DNA of 64,000 nucleotides. Source: Octopus vulgaris. Taxonomy: Eukaryota. The notes beneath the pieces are model-generated. The model searched no databases and was not told the origin of the DNA. It worked only from the letters and a program-made list of their open reading frames with translations. The DNA lies in assembly GCA_951406725.2 (NCBI GenBank), contig OX597817.1, positions 27,590,001 through 27,654,000 of the forward strand, read 5' to 3'. This document shows, piece by piece, positions 40,375-51,599 of the stretch. The position numbers and the translations under genes are program-made. How positions within the stretch are numbered: the stretch's first letter is position 1; each line of letters starts with the position of its first letter.

Positions 40375-40767
40375 TTTCTACTATAAGCACAATGCCTGAA
40401 ATTTGGTGAGAGGAGACGGGTCAATTACATCGACCCCAGTGCGTAACTGGTACCTAATTTATCGACCCCGAAAGAATGAAAGGCAAAGTCGACCGGGGCA
40501 GAATTTGAACTCAAAACATAACGGCAGACGAAATACCTGTTTCTTTACTACCCACAAGAGGCTAAACACAGAGAGGTCAAACAAGAATAGACACACGGAT
40601 TAAGTCGATTATATCGACCCCAGTGCGTAACTAATACTTATTTAATCGACCCCGAAAGGATGAAAGACAAAGTCGACCTCGGCCGAATTTGAACTCAGAA
40701 CGTAACGGCAGACGAAATACGGCTACGCATTTCGCCCGGCGTGCTAACGTTTCGGCCAGCTCGCCAC
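40375..40767 (-). mobile_element. Two adjacent or nested SINE family A copies, one with each tail type
   Basis: 40540-40767 has the Tx1-type tail. 40375-40538 has the gtagaaagg tail. Confidence 0.85.
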
Positions 40768-41039
40768 TTTAATTATAATACACGTAGCAGTGTTACCGAT
40801 TGTGCTTGCGCACTGGATGGATGGCTCGAGAAGTTTAGAATTGCTACGAGATCGCGGCTGTTTCAGATCAATAGCCTTGTTATGAACAGCAAGCATTCTA
40901 AGGAATGTGTCAGAAAGTTAAAAGAAAGATTCAAAGAAGCTTTGTCTATTTGGTAGGGCTTGAGCCTTTTAACATAGTGTCGATATAACATCTGTCATAG
41001 TGAAAGCGTCAATTAAAATAATAATAATAATAATGATGA

Positions 41040-41245
41040 TGATTTGAAATTTTGGTACAAGCACAACACGTTCGGGGAAGGAGTTATCCGATTACATTGA
41101 CCCCAGTGCTTGACCGGCACTTATTCTATCAATCACGAAAGACGAAGTCGACCTCGGATGGATTCGAACTCAGTTCTTATAGATATAAGAAACAGTACTA
41201 AGCATTTTCACCGGCGCTTTAACGATTCTGCTAGCACGCCAACTT
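41040..41245 (-). mobile_element. SINE family A, diverged
   Basis: Reverse-complement family A core next to (AAT)n. Confidence 0.75.
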
Positions 41246-41367
41246 AATACGACAAATATAGGCTAGCTGTCGAAATATCGTTCAGCCAATAAAACATCGA
41301 CTGCAATTGTATCGCGCTCTTCGCATTGTCTATTTACCCTGTGAAGTGTTACGTCAATCTTCTTAAA

Positions 41368-41413
<46 letters not shown>

Positions 41414-41414
<1 letters not shown>

Positions 41415-41727
41415 GTGCCCTGGGAATGATAGCAAAAGGGGCTGATTGCTACCTAACTCAGATACCTAACTCGGAAACCGCAAAATGGCAGAAATTCAAA
41501 AGATAATGCTCATGGGAACTGCTCATATCCTACGCAAAATACATTCTATGTAATCTTAAGGTTTAAAACAAATATTTTTTTTAGACATCCACTAGTACAA
41601 CACAAAAAACAACCAAATATATGGCACACTAGGCATAACAACAACGTGAACGTCCAACCTGTTGTCTCTTGAGGTCTCTGGGTGAGATTTGAAGCCAACT
41701 TGTACAAATATAAAGCAAAAGTCAAAC

Positions 41728-41729
<2 letters not shown>
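41414..41729 (+). mobile_element. R4/Dong-clade LINE 3' end inserted in (TAA)n
   Basis: ALGMIAKG...MAEIQKIMLMGTAHILRKIHSM* (stop 41551-41553) resembles the R4/Dong C-terminus. (TAA)n at 41370-41413 and 41730-41800. Confidence 0.85.
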
Positions 41730-41787
<58 letters not shown>

Positions 41788-41799
41788 TAATAATAATAA

Positions 41800-41968
41800 T
41801 CCTTTCTACTAAAGACACAAAGCCAGGAATTTGAAGGAAGGGGACTAGTAAATTACATCGACGCCAGTGTTTCACTGGTACTTAATTTATTGACCCAGAA
41901 AAGATGAAAGGCAAAGTCGACCCCGACGGAATTTGAACTCATAACACGAAGACGGACGAATTGCCGAT
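41800..41968 (-). mobile_element. SINE family A ending in the (TAA)n tract
   Basis: Reverse-complement core plus gtagaaaggattatt tail. Confidence 0.85.
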
Positions 41969-42582
41969 AAATATCAATGAACAGAAAGTAGCACTGCAAA
42001 ATAATGACACTCCCCGAAGCAGTACAGCTGCCTGGGAAGACGCCGGTCAGTAGATTGATTCCTGACAGTTACATCAACTAGCTTGCCCTACACAGAACGT
42101 TTCCGGTTAGTTTTGGGTATCCTCTCGTATTTTCTTGTAAGCTTTTCCTCATCAACGTCGTTGTTTCAACTACTCCTTTGTACGTATGCGCTCACGTGTA
42201 GTTATATAAGAGTACGTGTATATGTTAGTCGCATGTAGTTGTATAAGATTATGTGTATATGTTACTCGGACGTGCACTTTCCTTTCTAAATACCAAAATA
42301 TACTCTAACTAGAAAGATTCCAGACTGAATTACATTAATTGACATTTTACATTCTGATTTCTCTTTTAGAAGAGCTGTGGGAAACATCAATTAATTTGTT
42401 GTAAATAATACATCGATGCAAGGAAGGAAATACATAAAAATTATAAAGAAATAAACAAATGAATTTCTAAAATAACACAAACACTTATAATTTACCCGAA
42501 GGTACTTTTCTTTCAGTTATTTTATATTCTCTTTGTTCTCTAAGGTTATAATCAATTTGGAATTAATATCGTTATTATATAA

Positions 42583-44150
42583 CTAACAGCTACCGGGCGT
42601 TTTCTGGGTGCCAACAATTTTCATTTTCTTAACGAGAGTTATTTTGTATATGCATGTACTTTAATTTTCATGCAGAACATTTGAATGTTTCTTTTGACTT
42701 TCTAAGATGTATCCGTTTCTGTTGCAAAATTTACGGTTAATTTTAATTTCGTAGCTGTAGAAAAAATACTATCTATATTTTATTCTAATTCTAAAGTTAT
42801 ATCCAACACATAAATTAGAATTAATTTCAACAGAATTTAATCTTTGCTTAGTTGGGGCTCTTGGAATTGATAACACTTCACTGTTCTACGATTTGGTGTC
42901 CTAGCGAAAGTAATGATCATATGCAAGGGCACGTGAGCATGCAATATTGAGTGGACCTTGAAAGAAGCATAGATCTAAAGGTTCAGCTACGGCACATATG
43001 ATTTCAGTCTTTTTGAAACTGTTGTTTCAGTCCGCATTATCTAACAAACTCATTCCTTAACAAAAAAACATTCGGTATTTTTCACTAATGTGTATTTATA
43101 GACATGTTGAGTAACATGCTTTCGATCCTCGAATGTGGGAGCAAACTCGAACAAAAAATTTGAGTTGCTGACATATACAGTGTGGCATGATGCAATACAT
43201 CCCTGGATCTGATGATAGGTTGCTTAAGTTGGATTACCCTTTCTTTTTTGGCGGGCTGTTAATGAATTTTCTTTCCTCATTTTCTAATTAGCCATTTCGC
43301 ATTAAAGACGATCTCATATGAAGCTATCTTATTTTCACAACACGAAGAAAGCAATTATTTTTAGCTTAAGTGGATAGCGAGAGCGCTGCGATGTGCCATT
43401 TTCTGCGAAATAAACTTTGTCACTATTCTCGAAATTCATCTGCAGATGCAAATTATATGGTAGAATTACTTTGCCCCCAATACAATACATTTCTGTAGAT
43501 TTAACATACCTATTTCTTAACTACCCACAAGGGGCTAAACACAGAGAGGACAAACAAGGACAGACAAACGAATTAAGTCGATTATTTCGACCCCAGTGCG
43601 TAACTGGTACTTATTTAATCGACCCCAAAAGGATGAAAAGCAAAGTCGACCTCGGCGGAATTTGAACTCAGAACGTAACGGCAGACGAAATACGGCTACG
43701 CATTTTGCTCGGTGTGCTAACGTTTCTGCCAGCTCGCCTGTAGATTTAACATACCATTTAGCTTCACAATGTTAGCAGATGACTGACATTTCTTCTCTCT
43801 GAGCTGAAGATCTTTATTAGAATTGGTGGATTTGTCATACTGAAACACTGTAAGTTTATTGTTTGCTATTTGTTTGCTCAGACTGCAGTCAGCTTTGTCT
43901 GATGAAAATCAGTCATGTTTCTTTCAGGCAGACTTACAAAATTTCCACAAAATTTCAAGATAAATACCTTTGCTCGTTGTTGACTGCATGGATGTCTCTG
44001 CTGCTCACAGTTTTGCAAGCCTGTTTCGCTAGTTTTCAAGTCGAGTTTCTGTCTCTTTTAAAGACTTTGCGTCTTCATTTATAGCGATTTTTCTGGTTTG
44101 TGCGTTTTCATTTGCAGGATGTTTTTCCCTAGGCCCTATTAAAAAAGACG
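42583..44150 (-). mobile_element. Internally deleted, degenerate Helitron (RepHel remnants)
   Basis: Minus strand carries STPR-like ETETRLEN*RNRLAKL*AAET, then FQYD and MSVIC*HCEAKW...EMYCIGGKVILP, then helicase-end QLKFFVRVC and CFFQGPLNIACSR. 3' hairpin plus TTAG|T at 42583. 5' limit uncertain. Confidence 0.75.
43511..43737 (-). mobile_element. SINE family A with Tx1-type tail, nested in the Helitron
   Basis: 18-bp TSD ctgtagatttaacatacc at 43493-43510 and 43738-43755. Confidence 0.92.
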
Positions 44151-44999
44151 TCACCGTTTGCCAAAATTGGTGAAAAAAAAAAACGATTATCTATTTTCAT
44201 TAAAGCAAAAACTTATACCCGAAAATGGTTACATTGAAGATTAAAAATTTTGATAATTTGAGACTGTTTAAAAATTAAATGAAGCATTGGCTAATAAATA
44301 TTTACATGATAATTGCTGCTAAAGACTGAATTGTAATACTGACAGCCTCTGTTACGTAGTTAACTGAGAAAGTTTAATGGAAATTTGTATATGGATTAAA
44401 AGTTATGTCCTTAATTAGGCGAATTCCGTTACGGCAGCCTTGATCCGGCTTACATTTGTTTATATGTACATCCAAACCAATTCTCGTTAGTTTGACTGAG
44501 AACCTACGTAAGACGAATTTTAGACACTTGAATAAAAAATAACTGGTTTTGCATATGCAATTTATCAGAAATATTTCCATAGACCTGATGATAGAGCGTA
44601 AGTTCCTACAAAAAAATTATTTTGTAGATTTCATTTCAAAGAAATCGATTTGGCGAGAGGAAGGAAGTAGATTGTGATAAAAAAATATATTGGTTTAGCG
44701 ATGCCGCGATGTAATGAAGGTCGTGTAAGTGCAGGCAATATTTTTTTTATTAAATACAGGCAATATTTTAATTAAACAAGTTTCCAAAGGTCTAGATTGT
44801 AATTATCCGTATTTATCAGTTCGGCTACTGTAATTAAGAGTTCGATAATTTTGTCATGCTTGTTTCACAATATAACGATTTCTGATACGATGGTCGTGTC
44901 ACATGCATGTGGAAATTTAAAACGACGGGAAACTAAAAGAGTTTATTAGTTACAACTTAGTTTGTTTGCATATTGTTTTACTTCCTACGGCGAATTTTA

Positions 45000-45520
45000 C
45001 TAGCAGTTCAATAGAACAACTTGCTCGCGAAATTAACATGCGAGCACTTCACAAATATGCGGTCCGGTAATATAGTTCTGAAGGAGATTCAGCATGATAC
45101 AGTACGCTACAAAGCTGGATTCCGAATTATAGGTATGACACATTTTTGCCTGCTGAGTGGACTGGAAGAACGTGATATAAAATATATTGCTTACTGCTCA
45201 TCATCATCAGCGGCGAGCTGGCAGAAACGTTATAGCACACCGGGCGAAATGCGTAGCTGTATTTCGTCTGCCGTTACGTTCTGAGTTCAAATTCCGCCGA
45301 GGTCGACTTTGCTTTTCATCATTTCGGGGTAGATTAGATAAGTACCAGTTGCGCTCTGGGGTCGATGTAATCGACTTAATTCGTTTGTCTGTCCTTGTTT
45401 GTCCTCTCTGTATTTGGCCCCTTGTGGGTAGTAAAGAAATTGATATAAAGTATATTGCTTAAGAAAACACTATGCTACCATGATTCGAACAGCTAACAAC
45501 CACTACGCCACGCGTCTTTA
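45000..45520 (-). mobile_element. Old SINE (family C core with 7927-type tail), interrupted by a family A insertion
   Basis: gctcgcgaaattaacatgc and gagattcagcatgatacag match the reverse complement of 8160-8250. gagtggactggaagaacgtg matches family C. Confidence 0.65.
45210..45440 (+). mobile_element. SINE family A with Tx1-type tail
   Basis: 21-bp TSD tgatataaa(a/g)tatattgctta at 45173-45193 and 45441-45461. Confidence 0.9.
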
Positions 45521-45588
45521 CACATTACAGAATACTTATGACATAATTATAGGTATTATTCCATTCTTATTTCTGGTTTGTTTTAATA

Positions 45589-45823
45589 CAGGTGTGACCC
45601 AAAAGTAGGTTTACAGTTATACAACTATCTCTTTCGCATTCATATATTAACAGTTTATATCTTAATTATAAAAAAAATATGAAAACATTACTCTATGCTA
45701 ATTTAGTTAATTTTGTCAGGCTCCCATTTTAGTTTGTAAGATAGAAATTTAAATGTAATAAATGTAATAAAAAAATTTAAAGCACCTACTTGATATCTGT
45801 AAACCTACTTTTGGGCCACCCTG
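45589..45823. mobile_element. Tc1/mariner MITE
   Basis: TIRs caggtgtgacccaaaagtaggtttacag and ctgtaaacctacttttgggccaccctg, with TA on both sides. Confidence 0.9.
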
Positions 45824-46298
45824 TATTCTACGGAAGATAACGAGTCTATTAGATATCAGACAGCCTGTTCAGATAATAGTTATAATAGTGTTTCATATTA
45901 TATTGCAGCCTTGTTCACCTACTTCTTCTATGTGATGGACGGCAATTCAGTATACTTTACTATAAAGTGGTGCAACAACATGCTACCAGTTCACGAAGTA
46001 ATATAATTGCATGACATAGCATTTGTAAATTCTCAACATTATATTTGAATAAAAAAATTTTTATTTAGAAAATGGTTGTTCCACAACTAATATATATATA
46101 TACAGGTATGCGGCATAATTCTTTCGGCGTTGACTAAAACTAACTGCACTACCTAGAGTTGTTTTCGTCTAGTTTTGTCTTCTTACAATTCTTCAGCAGG
46201 CGATGAAGTGTGTTAAATTCATCTCGACATCTTTCTCAAGAAGTCCTTCCATACCTTAAGGTGAAGGTAAGCAAGTTGTCCAGCACTTTATCTGCCAA

Positions 46299-46670
46299 CT
46301 AGCAGTATCGCCCGGCGTTGCTCAGGTTTGTAAGGGAAATAACTATAAAGCATTTTTAGAGAGTTATAGCCAAAAAATGGAAAAAAATGATGGTAAATTT
46401 TTTTTGAGAGTAAAAAAAGGTGGAGTTGCGTCCCCTAGACGGTCTGTGGTTTGGGTTTCTGATTCTCGACCCCATGTCGAATTTATCGATTTTTTCAGAA
46501 CTGGGGGAACTTTTCAAAATTTTCGCTGCGTTAGTTTTGAATTATGACATTGGGCTATGTGTGTGTCAAGTTTCATCAGAATCGGTTGAAAGCCGTGGTC
46601 AGGGTGAGGGTACAAGCAAACAGACACACAGAAACACGCACAGACAAACTGCCGTTTATATAGAGAGAGA
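46299..46670 (-). mobile_element. Non-autonomous Helitron
   Basis: A|TC start, hairpin plus CTAG|T end. About 100 bp at the 3' end shared with 24718-25014. Confidence 0.85.
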
Positions 46671-47823
46671 TTTACCATTGATTTCTTAGTTTGACACGTT
46701 TCTCGTAATTCTAAATTGTAAATGGATCTGAGATAACGTCAATATCTGTGATAAGAGTATAATTAACATCTCATACATTTTGAAAAATTAGAAGATACAA
46801 TGTTAGGACAGTTTGGCATATATTTGCGACATTATTTAAAACAGAAAACTAACTTTCTCTGTCTCTCTTCCCCTCACAGTCTCTCTCTCTCACTTACAAA
46901 CACTCACACACAATCAGTCATACTCATCAAAACGTATGCATATGTTATGTGCGTGTCTAAATATAAGCGCATATGTGTGTTACTTTCTTCCCGCAAAAGG
47001 ACTGCTAATCAGCAATGTTGTTAACATTCGTTGATTTGAATTGTGTAAAGATTGAAGATAAGATATATTATGTCTATATCACACGTTATTATTGTTCAAC
47101 ATATGTGAGATAGTATTCAAACCGATTCCTTGACAATTTCTAGTCAGCTGAGTATTTAAGAACACAACGGTTTCAGAAATACTTTGAAAATTACGCCAAA
47201 TTAAACATTAATTTAAGATAATGATTATTTAATACTAGAGAGCATTAATTGGAAAACCTTACATCGATGTAGAAATGAGAATTAAACATTAAGACAATCA
47301 CGTTTAGAGCATTACATGAAGATAAAAGATTATGGCTCGTGTTTAAGGTTACCAGTTTCAGATTATTCTTTAGCAGACACGATACACGAATGCGTTCTAG
47401 ATTTGATATGTACTGAAATCTGCTTTGAACCAAAAGTCATGATTTAGATAAAAGAAACGTGAATTTGGAAATACTATAAATTAGTGTCTACTAGCAAAAA
47501 CAAATTATGATGAAATGAGAAAACATAGAGAATGCTAATATATTTACTTTCAGTTTTTTTCTTCTTCGGGTTACGTTCGATGATTAAGTGTACAGCATAT
47601 CGAATGGCAGGGTGAGATATCAGTGGTTCGCATCCAGTCATTAATGCTGCTCCCTGCTGCCCAGTGTATGTTGGTTCACGTACATATATCAGGTTGCAAT
47701 AATTTGATTTTCAATAACGCTAAGCCAAATTTCTTGTTAAATTTTCTGAAACCAACTGACTTCGAAATCGGTGAGAGGTGTGTTATCTTTATGCTTAACG
47801 TCACGAAAACTAGATACCCATTC

Positions 47824-48094
47824 GGTACTTGTATCACAGAGTGGTCCCGGTTTGCGCACACGCGCAGAGGCGCGTCCGTGCTAGCCGGAGGTACAGTCGA
47901 TCCTACGAGCTGACTGGCGCATGCACGATATATACGATATATACTTGTATCGATATATACGTGCGATACAAGTATATATCGTATATATCGTGCATGCGCC
48001 AGTCAGCTCGTAGGATCGACTGGCTACGTCTGGCTAGCGCGGACGCGCGTCTGCGTGTGTGCGTAAACCGGGACCACTTTGCGATACAAGTACC
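47824..48094. mobile_element. Foldback MITE with Merlin-like termini
   Basis: About 130-bp arms starting GGTAC and ending GTACC. Candidate 9-bp TSD tacccattc/tatacattc (7 of 9 match). Confidence 0.75.
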
Positions 48095-48380
48095 TATACA
48101 TTCTTGATTGTAGACTGTAATGTACCGTGAACATTTCTCTTTGAAATATATTTGGCTTAATCCATATGAATAAGACTGCGTACATCTAAACTAAATGTGA
48201 TTAGGACTGTAGGACACTACACCACCTCCCCTTACTTTATAAAATATAAAGATTTCTTCTTCAAACTTCTTTTGAAAATTTATTTTAGTTTATTCCCCGA
48301 TATTTATTTAATATGATAAACGAAAGATGATTGGCATATATATCTTTACAGATTGTATTTAAATACTTTGTTTTTTCTAG

Positions 48381-49258
48381 ACAGCACGAACCTTTCGAAA
48401 TTATCTCTGATTCGAAACTGAATCCGAAACCTGAAAAAGTACCATCATACATATATAGAGAGGATATGAAGGCAATAGTAATCGAAGACAAAAATTACAA
48501 GAGACTGAAAGAAATGTGTGGAGATAATATTGACCCACCAGGAGTAAACGTGGAATTCAAAGAATTGCCACCAGTAATGGATTTAGTAGAAATTGAACCA
48601 CTAATGAAATACTACTAAAAAGTAAATAAGTATGTTAAATTGACAGGGAAAAAAAAGAGAAGACAAAGTGTTTTATGTTATGTTTAAAAATATTGAAAAA
48701 TGGAACAATTTTAGAGAACGTATATAACGTTGGGCAAGTGTCTTCTACTATAGCCTCGGGCCGACCAAAGCCTTGTGAGTGGATTTGGTAGATGGAAACT
48801 GAAAGAAGCCCGTCGTATATATGTATATATATATGTTTGTGTGTCTGTGTTTGTCCCCCCCCCCCCCCAACAGCGCTTGTCAACTGATGCTGGTGTGTTT
48901 ACGTCACTGTAACTTAGCGGTTCGGCAAAAGAGACCGATAGAATAAGTACTAGGCTTACAAAGAATAAGTCCTGGGGGTCGATTTCTTCAGTCAAATGAC
49001 TGAAACAAGTAAAAGATTAACGGTTCAAATAATTGTAATAGTACACGATAATTAATTATGTAGATACATGATAAAAACGGACAGTTTAAAAAGATTAATG
49101 GTAATGCATGTGATGAGGGGTGCATGCAGCCATTCATAACCCCACTGTTATATAAATCACCTCAATCATATTCGTTCTATGTATTGTCCACTCTGTGGTG
49201 ACCTGTCTGTCCTTGTTTGTCCCCCTCTATTTCGGGCCCTTGTGGCTAATAAAAAAAT
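48381..49258 (+). mobile_element. 3' part of an ORF1-only retroelement (ORF C-terminus, UTR and tail), interrupted by a SINE
   Basis: ORF ends YIYREDMKAIVI...DPPGVNVEFKELP..EPLMKYY* at 48618. Tail ctgtctgtccttgtttgtccccctctatttcgggcccttgtggctaataaaaaaa. Confidence 0.75.
48731..49018 (+). mobile_element. SINE family B, truncated
   Basis: Matches the 39247 copy from tgggcaagtgtc onward. Confidence 0.9.
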
Positions 49259-49586
49259 CAGAATTTGAAACCTGGAGTAACTTTGTCTTCTAAAATGACG
49301 AGCATAGAATTAAATATGCTTGAAATACTAAATAAAACGTTAATATTGCAGTTGGAATATTTAATAGGTAATGAATTTAAGGCTAATGCTTTCATATAAA
49401 ACTCGAACATGTAATGCATAATACATTTAACAATAAAACGAGAGCAGTCTAGAGAACGAAACTATTTCATGCAGAAAAGTGTATATCATTTTCACCTACC
49501 ATCTTCAAAGTAAATAGGGTATTTATCGTACAGAGTTGACGTCTAATACATCAATAGATTGATAATGGAATATGTTAAATTGTGTA

Positions 49587-50100
49587 ACTAATAAATAATA
49601 AATGCGCCCTTTTTAAAGCCTAACCAGGCTCATGGGGCCGGTTTCCCGGTTTCAATGGCATATGTGTTCCCCAGCTGGACGGGATGCCAGTCCATCGCAG
49701 CGTTACTCATTTTTGCCAGCTGAGTGGACTGGAGCAACGTGAAATGAAGTGTTTTGCTCAAGATCACAACGCGTCGCCCGGTCCAGGAATCGAAACTAAT
49801 ATCTTACGATCATGATACTGACACCCTAACCACTAAGCCACGCGCCTCCACAAATGCGCCTTTTTAAAGCCTAGCCAGGCTCATGGGTCCGGTTTCCTGG
49901 TTTCTATGGCGTATATGTTCCCAGCTGGACGGGACGCCAGTCCATCACAGCATTACTCATTTTTGCCATCTGAATGGACTGGAGCAACGTGAAATGAAGT
50001 GTTTTGCTCAAGAACACAACGCGTCGCCCGGTCCAGGAATCGAAACCACAATCTTACGATCATGACGCTGACACCCTAACCACTAAGCCATGCGCTTCCA
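49587..50100 (-). mobile_element. Head-to-tail dimer of SINE family C
   Basis: Two ~250-bp units (49600-49851 and 49852-50100) inside a single 11-bp TSD taaattgtgta (49576-49586 and 50101-50111). Confidence 0.9.
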
Positions 50101-50934
50101 TAAATTGTGTAGTTGGCCATTCATATTTTCCTTTCTTTTTATATATTTTTGACAAAGTAGACAATTATGAATATAAAAATATCCTGATGTTAAATATTTA
50201 ATTTAAAATTAAATCAATTTTCAAGTTATAAGTATCCGCGGGAATAATCCAAAATCATAGTTTCGTAGTCCTAAGCAATGATCCTTGAAGGCTATGTAAA
50301 ATAATTTTACTTAAAATAAAGTTTTCGGATCATAGTTGTGACAGGTTGTGACAAAGAAATGAGAAATTAAGTGACTTGTCCAGAAATGCATTGAAAAGTC
50401 CTGCGTTGAACTTAAAATAATGCCATATATTGAAGCTACCAACTTAGTTGCAACAACTCGATTGTCATAGTTCAGATGATGGTAAAAGAAAATGTATCAT
50501 GTCAAAAGGATTCACTCCTTTCCCTGATGTGGCCCTTGCATCGTTAGCAGTTAATAAAAAAAAAAGAGAGAACCGGGTACGTATTGAGTGACTTGACAAT
50601 ACGGTACACTCAGCTAAAAGGGGTCTTATATCAGGTTGAGCTTTTAAAATAGAAAACAATATATTTTTCACGTCTACTTTCATATTTAACCACATAAGAT
50701 TGGTAGCTTTTGACACGTCACGTATAACCACCTACATCTCTTCGTAGTTGTAAATATTATATAAACTTGAAATTTAATACATTTGCAATATAATTTTTGC
50801 ATTTTATTATAGTTGTTATTAGTTAAAAATTCGAATTTATTCAATTTAAGAAATATTTAATCCATTCGATTATTTAACTAAAATATTCTTTTAAACAAAT
50901 CGCTTCATTTTTCCTAGAAACTAGTGTGCTTTAT

Positions 50935-51153
50935 GATAATCCTTTCTACTATAGGCTCAAGGCCTGGAATTAGTGAGGAGGGGGATAGTTGATCATATCG
51001 ACCCCAGTATTAGACTGGTACTTAATTTATAGACCCTGAAATGATGAAAGGTAAAGTCGAACCCCGCGGAATTTGAACTCAGAGCGTGGCAACGGGCGGA
51101 ATACCGCTAATCATTTTGTCCAGCGTGTTAACTATTCAGCCAGCCCGCCGCCT
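50935..51153 (-). mobile_element. SINE family A
   Basis: Reverse-complement core and gtagaaaggattat tail, flanked by the duplication tgtgctttatgat. Confidence 0.88.
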
Positions 51154-51599
51154 AAATGTGCTTTATGATCATGCATAGCATTACCAATATCTTTCTCGGG
51201 ATAAATGTTTTTTTTCATATTTGAAATATCTTTTCTAAACATCTCTTACTATACCCTGAATGTTAAATTCATTCGTGGGTCTAAATTATATATTTGTAAA
51301 TACCATTTTCACACCACTGATAGAGATATTACTAGGTATATCCACTGAAGATAAGTAAAACGCTTAATGAACAATTCAAACGTGTTTTCACCGCCCCCAC
51401 TTAAGGCACATGCAAGTCAGCAAATCTGTAGATTTTGTTATTATTTTTACAGATGTATAATGAGCGGCAGTAACAGTTGACATCAAACTAGATGTGATAC
51501 TGGTCATAGATGAGGCAGACCCAAACTCAGCAGCTGACTCCGATGCAAATCATGCAAACGAGCTCATGCAAAAACCTCTGCAGCTTCTTTTTCAGAGCT

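Noticed and set aside
40810-40956. GWLEKF motif suggesting a pogo/Tigger CENP-B HTH domain
   Set aside because: Six residues only, with no supporting context.
48331-48618. Last exon of a host gene duplicated with 62996-63211
   Set aside because: The 63-kb copy is in frame with ORF1-homologous sequence and both end in a retroposon tail. An acceptor-like ttttttctag at 48380 leaves exonisation possible but unsupported.
50465-50731. 88-aa non-repetitive ORF
   Set aside because: No recognisable motif, non-ATG start and no convincing splice sites.
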